Source: an uncultured Fibrobacterales bacterium
GTDB lineage: Bacteria > Fibrobacterota > Fibrobacteria > Fibrobacterales > CAWVXU01
Length of the DNA: 50,109 bases
Assembly (NCBI GenBank): GCA_963934255.1
Contig: CAWVXU010000008.1
Span: 1-50,109, forward strand
Reading direction: 5' to 3'
Shown: positions 19,961 through 28,094 of the stretch, piece by piece
Layout of the letters: each line of letters starts with the position of its first letter
How positions within the stretch are numbered: the first letter of the stretch is position 1
The notes under the pieces: model-generated
The model's database searches: none
The model's input: the letters and a program-made list of their open reading frames with translations, nothing else
What the model was told of the DNA's origin: nothing
Position numbers and translations under genes: made by a program

Positions 19961-20183
19961 AGCCATCACTCTTCCAGTGGTGATTTCAAATCAGCCGACT
20001 TCTATAATTGGTATGCGGCCATGAATGGATTTCCTTCAAATACTTAAAAGCCAACTCAAGTCTTTAGAATACCAATCCAGGGACAGATGATTTTGGATAT
20101 ACAGCCCTCTGGCCAGAGCCTGTAACTTCATCTTTTAAAAACACTCACAATCCCCCCAATTTTAGCACCCTTCATACCTCAAA
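19961..20183 (+). pseudogene. degraded relic of a Fib_succ_major-domain coding sequence
   Basis: Frame a reads SGDFKSADFYNWYAAMNGFPSNT* (compare LYNWNAAMNGATSS of the giant protein). Frame b reads GTDDFGYTALWPEP (compare GTDEFGFSALPSGY). Frameshifted, with a large internal deletion and no start. Confidence 0.4.
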
Positions 20184-20248
20184 TTGACTACATTATTTAT
20201 ATCAATTTTTGTTGAATGCCTCAGGGCATATTTGTGAGGGGACTACAT

Positions 20249-21379
20249 ATGGGATTATTTGATTTTATCAAATCAGAGCTCATCGATATCATCGAATGGT
20301 TAGACGATACCAACAATACACTTGTTTATCGTTTTGAACGTCATGATAATGAGATTAAAAACAACGCTCAGCTGATTGTACGCGAAGGTCAAAAAGCGAT
20401 TTTTGTCAGTGGCGGTAAACTAGCAGATGTTTTTGAGCCTGGGACATACACGCTGTCGACTCAAAACATGCCACTGATGGCCACTCTTAATGGTTGGAAA
20501 TACGGTTTTGATTCACCGTTTAAGGCTGAAGTTTATTTTGTCTCTACTCGTCAAAAAACTGACATGGGTTGGGGTACTCCAAGCCCAATTATGTATAGAG
20601 ATCCTGAGTTTGGTGCTATCCAGATTCGTGGTTTTGGGAACTATGCCTTTAGGATTGAAGACCCTACCAAATTCTTTAAAGAAGTGGTTGGGACTGATGG
20701 TCGTTTTGAAGTAGAAGAAATTGAAAATCAACTTCGCTCTATAGTTAGCACTCGGACTATAGACGCTATCGCCGAATCCAAAATGCCTGTGCTAGACATG
20801 TCGACTCAGTACAATGAGCTCGGTGAATTAGTGAAGAACTATTTAGGGCCTGAGCTTCTTGAGTCTTATGGATTACAAGTCACTCAATTTATAGTCCAGA
20901 GCATTACTCTTCCTGAAGAAGTTCAAGAAGCACTTAACAAAAAATCAAGTATGAACATCCTAGGCAACCTCAACCAATACACTCAATTCCAAGCAGCTAA
21001 TGCAATGGAAGATGCAGCGAACAATCCTGGCGAAGCCGGTGGTATGGCATCTGCGGGTGTAGGTATGGGTATGGGTATGGGCATGGCTGGTATGATGAAC
21101 CAAGCACTCAACCAACCACAGCAACCGGCTCAACAAGCAGCGCCAGCGCCTCCACCACCTCCTGCAGCAGTGGCGTTTCACATCCTTGTGAATCAGCAAC
21201 AATTAGGCCCTTTTGATATGGCAACTCTCCCTGCGTATGTTTCTAATGGTCAGTTGACTCGTGAGACTCTTGTATGGAAAGCAGGCATGGCAGGATGGGA
21301 AGCAGCATCAACAGTGGGTCAATTACAAGCATTGTTTGGAGCGACTCCTCCGCCACCACCTCCACCACCGGCACCTTAG
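20249..21379 (+). CDS. SPFH/band-7 superfamily protein (COG4260, YdjI-like) with poly-Pro/GM-repeat linker and C-terminal GYF-like (DUF4339-like) domain
   Basis: ORF opens at ATG 20216 but GAGGGG RBS precedes ATG 20249 (MGLFDFIK...), the typical N-terminus of this family. Low-complexity GMGMGMGMAGMM and PAPPPPPAA...PPPPPPPPAP segments flank a conserved ...GPFDMATL...LVWKAGMAGW module. Confidence 0.7.
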   Translation: MGLFDFIKSELIDIIEWLDDTNNTLVYRFERHDNEIKNNAQLIVREGQKAIFVSGGKLADVFEPGTYTLSTQNMPLMATLNGWKYGFDSPFKAEVYFVSTRQKTDMGWGTPSPIMYRDPEFGAIQIRGFGNYAFRIEDPTKFFKEVVGTDGRFEVEEIENQLRSIVSTRTIDAIAESKMPVLDMSTQYNELGELVKNYLGPELLESYGLQVTQFIVQSITLPEEVQEALNKKSSMNILGNLNQYTQFQAANAMEDAANNPGEAGGMASAGVGMGMGMGMAGMMNQALNQPQQPAQQAAPAPPPPPAAVAFHILVNQQQLGPFDMATLPAYVSNGQLTRETLVWKAGMAGWEAASTVGQLQALFGATPPPPPPPPAP

Positions 21380-21409
21380 TTTTTGATACTTCGGTATTGA
21401 TCATTTAAG

Positions 21410-21437
21410 AACGCTCCAGTTTGGGGCGTTTTTTTGC
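21410..21437 (+). terminator. rho-independent terminator
   Basis: Stem AACGCTCCA/TTGGGGCGTT (one G-U), then TTTTTTTG. Confidence 0.5.
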
Positions 21438-21473
21438 TTTTAAAAGCCATACTAAAGTTGAAGGATAGTGACA

Positions 21474-21510
21474 AAAAAGCACCCCTGGTTTCCCAAGGGT
21501 GTTCAAAAAA
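21474..21510 (-). terminator. bidirectional terminator-like hairpin for the convergent minus-strand gene
   Basis: CACCCCTGG...CCAAGGGTG hairpin flanked by A6 upstream and A6 downstream (T6 on minus strand). Confidence 0.4.
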
Positions 21511-21532
21511 TTAAGATATCATGTGAATCAAA

Positions 21533-22648
21533 TTATTGAAATGATTGCATAATTTGAGCGCGATTCATAAATGCATATATCAAAGCAATGATTAATATTA
21601 CACCAAGCACAGCTGCGGTAATCTTGGCCCAACTATAAGGCCGGTCACCTTGAACTTCACCAGTACTTGCGTTAATCGTGATATGATAAATTTTCTCAGA
21701 GAACTTATAGCTACTGACCCAGACAGGAAGTAAAATATGCTTGAATGTTTGATCTTTGAAATTTTCTGACTTTTGTAGGATGCGCTGCTCATCACCACCG
21801 ATGTCACGTCGGATAGAATCATCAATCGTATCTCGGATTACAGGCAGAGCATATTTCCCAAAGCCTTCTTTCATCTCAACATTGTAATTTAAAGCTTTGA
21901 AGCCAACAATATAATCCGGTTGATAGGCTTTGAGGTCTTCCAGAGCCCAAGGCTCGAGTTCATTTAATTTGGGACGAGAGAGTGAGTCGTGAGCTGGAAC
22001 CAAAATATCATCAAACTCATCATAAACTACACCCGAAGCTCGAGACCATCTGATGCGACGTACCTGTCGAGTTTTCGAAACAGAATTTCCATCTGAGTCA
22101 GTTGTTGTATAAGATTCGGTGACATAATAAGCATCACCTCTTTTCCCGCGGTACTCAGTGGTGGTAGAACAATCATAAGTCCAGTAGGGATAATAGATCC
22201 CTTGAAGCCCATTGAGGCGAGTGACGAGTTGCTTTAAAGCACTAGGAGCAAACCAAAGGGCATTGATCCATTCCTTGAAACTCTCTTGAGCGACCTTTTT
22301 GGTAATACTAAAAGGAAGTACTGAAGAAGGTGCATGTTGTTTTTGAGCAAAGATATCCTGGCTGACATAAGGTGTCGTACAAAAGACACATTCACCAGAG
22401 CCACTGTCTGAATCAACACTAAACTCAGCAGCGCAGCTTTTGCATTTGATCGCTTGAGATTCGACCTCATCACTCGAGTTAATTGCGTCATCGAAATCAT
22501 CAAAGCTTAGCTCTTTGAGATGAAGTTCAGATTCTTGTTCAATAATTTCATTTTTAGCTCCGCAACGATCACATGTGAGTTGCGAGCTGGCTGGATCAAA
22601 TTTTAAATTTGATCCACAAGCATTACAGGAGATTAGTTTTTCAGTCAT
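21533..22648 (-). CDS. multi-zinc-ribbon membrane protein (two CxxC...CxxC ribbons N-terminal, single C-terminal TM helix)
   Basis: CNACGS...CDRCG and CKSCAA...CVFCT motifs; C-terminal ITAAVLGVILIIALIYAF helix. Convergent partner of the SPFH-like gene. Confidence 0.6.
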   Translation of the reverse strand: MTEKLISCNACGSNLKFDPASSQLTCDRCGAKNEIIEQESELHLKELSFDDFDDAINSSDEVESQAIKCKSCAAEFSVDSDSGSGECVFCTTPYVSQDIFAQKQHAPSSVLPFSITKKVAQESFKEWINALWFAPSALKQLVTRLNGLQGIYYPYWTYDCSTTTEYRGKRGDAYYVTESYTTTDSDGNSVSKTRQVRRIRWSRASGVVYDEFDDILVPAHDSLSRPKLNELEPWALEDLKAYQPDYIVGFKALNYNVEMKEGFGKYALPVIRDTIDDSIRRDIGGDEQRILQKSENFKDQTFKHILLPVWVSSYKFSEKIYHITINASTGEVQGDRPYSWAKITAAVLGVILIIALIYAFMNRAQIMQSFQ

Positions 22649-22721
22649 GTGAATGAATATAACTAAGAAGTGTTTTAGTTGTAAATAACTTCATTAAAAT
22701 TAAGTCGTTTGATAGATTGAT

Positions 22722-23438
22722 TTACCGAGTCATTTCTACAACCAAGTGATAGGCCTTAACTGCTGCCTCTTGACAAAAACTAGGGAAATCAACCGGCGAG
22801 CTATGGTCAGCTTTATCAGAAATAGCTCGAACAGTAATCCAGGGTACTCCACCATTGAGCATGCAAACTTGGCCTACAGCTCCAGCTTCCATTTCAACAC
22901 AATCACCTTTAAAATAATCTTTGAGTGCTTTTACGCGCTCAGGGTCAGCTACAAACTGATCTCCAGATACTGCTCGTCCTACTTTGTGTGGAAGCTTGAG
23001 TGCTTCGGCGGCGTTTTTGGCAGATTTGATCAAGATGGGGTCACACGCAAACTCAGTCCATCCAGTCCACGGGATTTCACCCGGTTGAAACCCTAATGGT
23101 ACTAAGTCCATGTCATGTTGAAGTGCGTCTTGACTGATCACCATATCACCGACTTCTAAGTCAGAAGCAAGCGCACCGGCTACACCAGAAAAAATAATCG
23201 CCCCGACACCGTATTTTAAAATCATTGTTTGACTAGAAACGGCTGCGTGAACTTTACCCACTCCGCACTGAGCTAAGATGACTTTTTGTGACCCAAGGAT
23301 ACCATGATAAAATTTGACACCAGAGACTTCTTCTGGAGTGGTATCTTCAAAGTGTTTGAGGTATTCAGCAACTTCTTCAGGCATGGCGCATAATACACCG
23401 AGTGGTTTGTCATTGAGTAAGTTATTTAATGTCATCAT
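22722..23438 (-). CDS. mtnN: 5'-methylthioadenosine/S-adenosylhomocysteine nucleosidase
   Basis: The N-terminal GVLCAMPEE and the later FSGVAGAL and EMEAGAVGQV motifs match MTA/SAH nucleosidase. Confidence 0.8.
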   Translation of the reverse strand: MMTLNNLLNDKPLGVLCAMPEEVAEYLKHFEDTTPEEVSGVKFYHGILGSQKVILAQCGVGKVHAAVSSQTMILKYGVGAIIFSGVAGALASDLEVGDMVISQDALQHDMDLVPLGFQPGEIPWTGWTEFACDPILIKSAKNAAEALKLPHKVGRAVSGDQFVADPERVKALKDYFKGDCVEMEAGAVGQVCMLNGGVPWITVRAISDKADHSSPVDFPSFCQEAAVKAYHLVVEMTR

Positions 23439-23630
23439 GGCCTCAAGTCTTATATTTGACGTTGCTATTCGTTGCTATTGGATATCTGTTTTTAAATCAA
23501 TTATGTGATATCTAATTTAAATTGAAAAGTAGAAATTATATTATCAAGATAAAGACCATCACTTGATTTCATTTTGTTCCTCCTATCAGATTGTATATAT
23601 TCTAAGGGTTAAGCTCCTGAGGAATTACCA

Positions 23631-25559
23631 ATGAAAATCAAACACCTATTTGGCATCAGCCTCACATTATTTTGTACTCTGGCTTATTCCAAAGTCACCG
23701 CAAGTATTGACTTGAGTCAAACAGTTCCCATTAGTCCACTTATTTATGGTTTTAATCAAGACCACGAAGCGCTAAACTCTCCAGCAGAGTTTCAAGTACG
23801 TCGTTTAGGTGGTAATCGCATGAGTACTTTTAATTGGGAAGAAAATGTTGAAAACAGTGGTGAAAGTGCCAAATCGAGCTGGAGTTTAATTGCAAGTACG
23901 ATTGTGGGAGTTCTTTGGAATGACCGACTGGTTGCAGGTGAAGCCTATAAAAAATTCCACCAAGATAATTTAGACAACAACCTCACCTCTATTATTACGG
24001 TTCCTATCCTTGGGTGGGTGGCAGCGGATGCAAATAGAACAGTGAGTAAAGGCCCAAACGGTGCAGATGCATCACGTTGGAACAAATTAGAATATAAAAA
24101 ACCTACTGGTTTTTCAATTACACCAGACACCACAGATAGAGTGGTTTATTTAGATGAGTCCATCAATTTTTTAGTGGATCAATTTGGCGATGCCTCCACC
24201 ACTACAGGTGTCAAATATATTTCACTTGGTAATGAGCCAGGATTATGGAATACCACCCATGAGCTATTACAAGATGCCACTGTGGGTATTGATGAATATA
24301 TTCAAAAAGTTATTTTAGCGGCGACTGCAGTCAAAGATGTCGACCCTCAAGTCAAGATAATCTTTGGTGAATTTACCGGAATTTATCTCTATGAATTTGG
24401 AAACTCTGCAGAGTGGGATATTATACAAGCTGCCAACCCTGATTATAATTGGGTGATAGATTATTTCCTAGAACAACTCAAGACCGCATCAGATTCTTAT
24501 GGATCTCCATTGATAGATGTTTTGGCTTTCCATAATTATCCTCAACACAAAATTGATACCCAAGGCAATTTTTCTAGCTCAGGCACTGTTGTTAGAAATA
24601 GCAAGTCGACCCAAGGTTACATGAGATCTGCTCGCATGGACTTTCCTCGTAGTATGTGGGACAGCACTTATATTGAGCCGAGCTGGTTAACGAATTCTTT
24701 TTTCCCTGGTGAGCCTCATCAAATATTAAATCGTTTTGATAAAAGTATTCATCAGTATTTTCCTGGTATTGAGCTGATGATTGGTGAATTTGGGTATGGA
24801 GATGATACGGATATTTCTAATGGAATTGCCATGACGGATCTTCTGGGTGTGTTTGGAGCAAATGGTTTAGATATTGCCACTCGATGGGATCTAGATATTA
24901 CAACCCAGGGTGTTTATACTCACTCAGCTTATAAGCTCTTTACCAATTATGATGGTCAATCTTCCCAATTTGGAAATATTTCAATTAAGAGCGAGTGGGA
25001 TAATTTAGACAAAGCTTCTGTTTGGAGCAGCCTTGATCCAAAGACCAATGAGGTACACATTATTTTAATCAATAAGGAATTAAGTCTAGCTCAAGATTTT
25101 GAAGTGGACCTGACATCCTCAGTCATGGCACCAGTGATTAAGAGTGTTTATGGTATTAATGGAAGCTCTTATGATATTAGCGCTATCGTAGATGTGGGTG
25201 CACTTCAGCAGAATAAGTATTCAATCAGCCTACCTGCGATGTCTGCTTACCATGTAGTGATTAGTGCGACTGAGGTGAGCTATGTCAGTGAAGATAATGC
25301 CACGACTCTTAGTACTTCAAGCCAAGCTTCATCAATCCAAACGCAGATGAGTCATACACAGCTTAGCATCACTGGTTTTGAGCCAGGCCAGCTACGAGTA
25401 AATATAACGGATTTAAAAGGTCAGTCGTTGATGTCGCATCAGAGTATACAAGGTTCCTCATCCACGGTATTTGATGTCTCACATTTGACCGAAGGTCTGT
25501 ATTTTATTGAAGTCATCGATGAAAAGACTCGTTCGATAGAGTCAGGCTTTAAACTTTAA
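23631..25559 (+). CDS. secreted clan GH-A glycoside hydrolase with T9SS-like C-terminal sorting domain
   Basis: GAGGAA RBS; signal peptide. NEP acid/base motif (ISLGNEPGLW) and nucleophile motif (MIGEFGYG). The last ~80 aa resemble a Por/T9SS C-terminal domain (LSITGF...GLYFIEVID...). Family (GH5/30/44-like) not resolvable by eye. Confidence 0.7.
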   Translation: MKIKHLFGISLTLFCTLAYSKVTASIDLSQTVPISPLIYGFNQDHEALNSPAEFQVRRLGGNRMSTFNWEENVENSGESAKSSWSLIASTIVGVLWNDRLVAGEAYKKFHQDNLDNNLTSIITVPILGWVAADANRTVSKGPNGADASRWNKLEYKKPTGFSITPDTTDRVVYLDESINFLVDQFGDASTTTGVKYISLGNEPGLWNTTHELLQDATVGIDEYIQKVILAATAVKDVDPQVKIIFGEFTGIYLYEFGNSAEWDIIQAANPDYNWVIDYFLEQLKTASDSYGSPLIDVLAFHNYPQHKIDTQGNFSSSGTVVRNSKSTQGYMRSARMDFPRSMWDSTYIEPSWLTNSFFPGEPHQILNRFDKSIHQYFPGIELMIGEFGYGDDTDISNGIAMTDLLGVFGANGLDIATRWDLDITTQGVYTHSAYKLFTNYDGQSSQFGNISIKSEWDNLDKASVWSSLDPKTNEVHIILINKELSLAQDFEVDLTSSVMAPVIKSVYGINGSSYDISAIVDVGALQQNKYSISLPAMSAYHVVISATEVSYVSEDNATTLSTSSQASSIQTQMSHTQLSITGFEPGQLRVNITDLKGQSLMSHQSIQGSSSTVFDVSHLTEGLYFIEVIDEKTRSIESGFKL

Positions 25560-25576
25560 GTTTTAAACCTTAAACA

Positions 25577-26191
25577 TTAATCCTTATTATGCAATAAAGT
25601 CCACGCGGCAATTCCAGCAGCTTGAGTCACGTTCATAGAAGAGTTGTGACCAAGCATAGGGATATCAACACACTGATGACAAAGTTGAACAAGCTCATGA
25701 TTCAAACCATGCTTTTCATTCCCTAGAAATAAATGAATTCTATGTGTACTTAATTCGATGGAATCTTGTCCTGTCATCGAGCCGGTCAAATTTTCATAAT
25801 GCGCATGAATGGCCAAGTGTATCTTAGAAAGGTCTAGACTCTCAGAAGTGATCTCGAGTCCACACAAGTAGTTATCGGGATTCTCTTTAAGAGCTTCGAT
25901 AATTTGAATTGCGACCGACTGTTCATAATAAGTCCAAGGGACATGAACTTCAGTATGACGAGCCACTCTAGTGAGTTTCTTGTCTGGTGGGGTTGGAGTT
26001 TCACCTACTAGATGTATGTGTCTAATATTGAGCGCATCACACAATCTAAAGAGTCCGCCAACATTTTCGACATCACTGACGTTGATCAACCAAAGCTCAA
26101 GTTGAACTTCTACTTGAGGCTGATGACTATGATTTTTTGCATCTTTGACTTCCAAATGAGTCAGCTGATGATCTTCAGATAATTGACTCAA
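25577..26191 (-). CDS. SpoU/TrmH-family RNA 2'-O-methyltransferase
   Basis: Motifs LINVSDVENVGGLFRLCDA, LFLGNEKHGL and the PMLGHNSSMNVTQAAGIAAW knot region. Apparent TTG start 4 nt downstream of the upstream gene stop; no in-frame ATG near the N-terminus. Confidence 0.6.
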   Translation of the reverse strand: MSQLSEDHQLTHLEVKDAKNHSHQPQVEVQLELWLINVSDVENVGGLFRLCDALNIRHIHLVGETPTPPDKKLTRVARHTEVHVPWTYYEQSVAIQIIEALKENPDNYLCGLEITSESLDLSKIHLAIHAHYENLTGSMTGQDSIELSTHRIHLFLGNEKHGLNHELVQLCHQCVDIPMLGHNSSMNVTQAAGIAAWTLLHNKD

Positions 26192-26194
26192 GAT

Positions 26195-28042
26195 TTATTC
26201 TCTAGCAGCATCAATCAAATTTTGACAACGAGTTTTGGCGGCTTGAAAATGTTCTTCAATCCAAAAGTTTTTCACGTCCCAGGTCGGGTGGGTATATGAA
26301 TAATCTTCTTGAATGTTCTCACCACGATCAAAGTCTTTATCCAGTGAGGCGATGATGCTTTCTTTCCAATTTTTTTCCAAAGTTCTGAACTGTTTTAAAA
26401 TCAAAACAGTCTTGGCTGGGAATGAAACATGCTTAGATATTTCTTTCATGACTTCACCACGGAATATCTCTTTGACTACAGGCATCTTGGTGTCTAGTAG
26501 TTGTGGTTTGAGTTCAAATGCTTCCAGTGATTTATAAAGCGCATATCGTTCCAGATAATTGAGGTACCAGGTGATTGCGTTTTGACGATCAATTTCATTG
26601 AGTAGACAACCACCGAGTCCTGGGATGTCTCTTTCACTATAACTTTGTTTGAGTACTTTGATATTTTGCAAACGGCTCACAGCTTTGAGTACAAGGCGAG
26701 TGGTCGACTCTTCTAAGACATGGGTATCAAAATTATGGCGTCTTGAATGATTGCGTTCGCTAAATTTCTTTTCACAACGAGTGAGCATAAAGGCATTTTC
26801 ACCATAAATCCAACCTGGGCGGATCATGGTTTTATCCCCACTATTAGTCAGAAGTGCAAATGGAAACTCAATCCGCTGGGGGCGTAGTCGAGTGCCTGCG
26901 GCAATCAGAGCCCATGGGCTTTCTAGAAGGTGTAAAGGAAATTGAACTTGTGATCCTAGTCCAAAAAAACAACCTTTGGCTAAGAAACATTCTTGGTCAG
27001 GTTGGCGGCCAGTGTGGTTTGATCCAATATTAACACCTTGAGCAACATTACCACGCCCCTCTGGCCAGAGGACAGATATCAACAATCCTTGATGTCTAAA
27101 TCCAGTAAATGGTCCGAGTAATGAGCTGACGACTTGACCTCGACAAACAATACTATTTGATGCGATATAACTATAGTGAATATGAGCTTGTTCACCAATT
27201 TCACTGGCTTCTTGTATGATGGATTCAGAGACAATAGATTGACCACTGACTTTGGTTCCCCATTGAAGAGCAGACTTTTCAACGACGGCGCCATCAGATA
27301 TAATAGTGGGTTGTTCCAAAGAGGAAAGTATAACAGATGTACGAATCTTAGTAGCACCATCAATTAAGGCGCCCGCCCCGATCCATGAATTTCGAATAGC
27401 CTGAGTATTTTGTATAATGACATTTTGATCCAAAAACCCAAGTTTACAAGCACATTCAGCTGCGAACTCTTCAATGATTTCTTGGATGCTGGTTTGGAGT
27501 TCTTGATCGTCTTTGTTAGAAAGAATTTCCCAAGCAATTTCATGATTCATCTCTGGGAAGGAGGCTAAAGTTCGGCCACCTGTTTCTGAGCCAATTGATA
27601 ATTGACGACCGATACCAAAATGAGTGAGCCCAACTTGCGATAAAGAGCCTACACCTCGAACGACACATCCCTGAGATATCATCATATGATTAATGGTCGC
27701 CACTTGAGACAAATGACAATTTTCAATCACACTATCGTAAATTTGACAATGATCAATCCCTGTAGATACTGAAAGCCCATCCGGGGTGCACACAGTTCCA
27801 AAAAACGCTGGTAAGATGACAACTCCACCAAAAGTGCTGTTACGGACTCGGGTCGGATCAAATTGAGGACTCACTTGAATCAAGGACCAGTTTTCAGAAA
27901 AATTCCCCTGCGACTTTAAAATATCAACTTCAGAATCGCCTAAAGGGCGGATTTTGGAGGGAATATGTTTGTCTTGAGATACATTTTGAACGAATTTTCG
28001 AACTTCAGACTGCTTGATCAGCTTTTTTAACAATTTAACCAT
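26195..28042 (-). CDS. hypothetical 615-aa protein with left-handed beta-helix-like hexapeptide repeats (possibly DUF4954-like)
   Basis: ATG at 28042. Central region is rich in [LIV]-G-x-x-x-x-[LIV] periodic repeats (IIQNTQAIRNSWIGAGALIDGATKIRTSVIL...). No catalytic motif recognised. Confidence 0.55.
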   Translation of the reverse strand: MVKLLKKLIKQSEVRKFVQNVSQDKHIPSKIRPLGDSEVDILKSQGNFSENWSLIQVSPQFDPTRVRNSTFGGVVILPAFFGTVCTPDGLSVSTGIDHCQIYDSVIENCHLSQVATINHMMISQGCVVRGVGSLSQVGLTHFGIGRQLSIGSETGGRTLASFPEMNHEIAWEILSNKDDQELQTSIQEIIEEFAAECACKLGFLDQNVIIQNTQAIRNSWIGAGALIDGATKIRTSVILSSLEQPTIISDGAVVEKSALQWGTKVSGQSIVSESIIQEASEIGEQAHIHYSYIASNSIVCRGQVVSSLLGPFTGFRHQGLLISVLWPEGRGNVAQGVNIGSNHTGRQPDQECFLAKGCFFGLGSQVQFPLHLLESPWALIAAGTRLRPQRIEFPFALLTNSGDKTMIRPGWIYGENAFMLTRCEKKFSERNHSRRHNFDTHVLEESTTRLVLKAVSRLQNIKVLKQSYSERDIPGLGGCLLNEIDRQNAITWYLNYLERYALYKSLEAFELKPQLLDTKMPVVKEIFRGEVMKEISKHVSFPAKTVLILKQFRTLEKNWKESIIASLDKDFDRGENIQEDYSYTHPTWDVKNFWIEEHFQAAKTRCQNLIDAARE

Positions 28043-28094
28043 GACTCTTCCTCCGTATATGACTTAATAATACCTAATTTTTAACCCCAGTGTG

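Noticed and set aside
20216-20248. Upstream ATG start for the SPFH-like gene
   Set aside because: The ATG at 20249 has a GAGGGG RBS and yields the MGLFDFIK N-terminus characteristic of the family. The 20216 start is kept only as an alternative.
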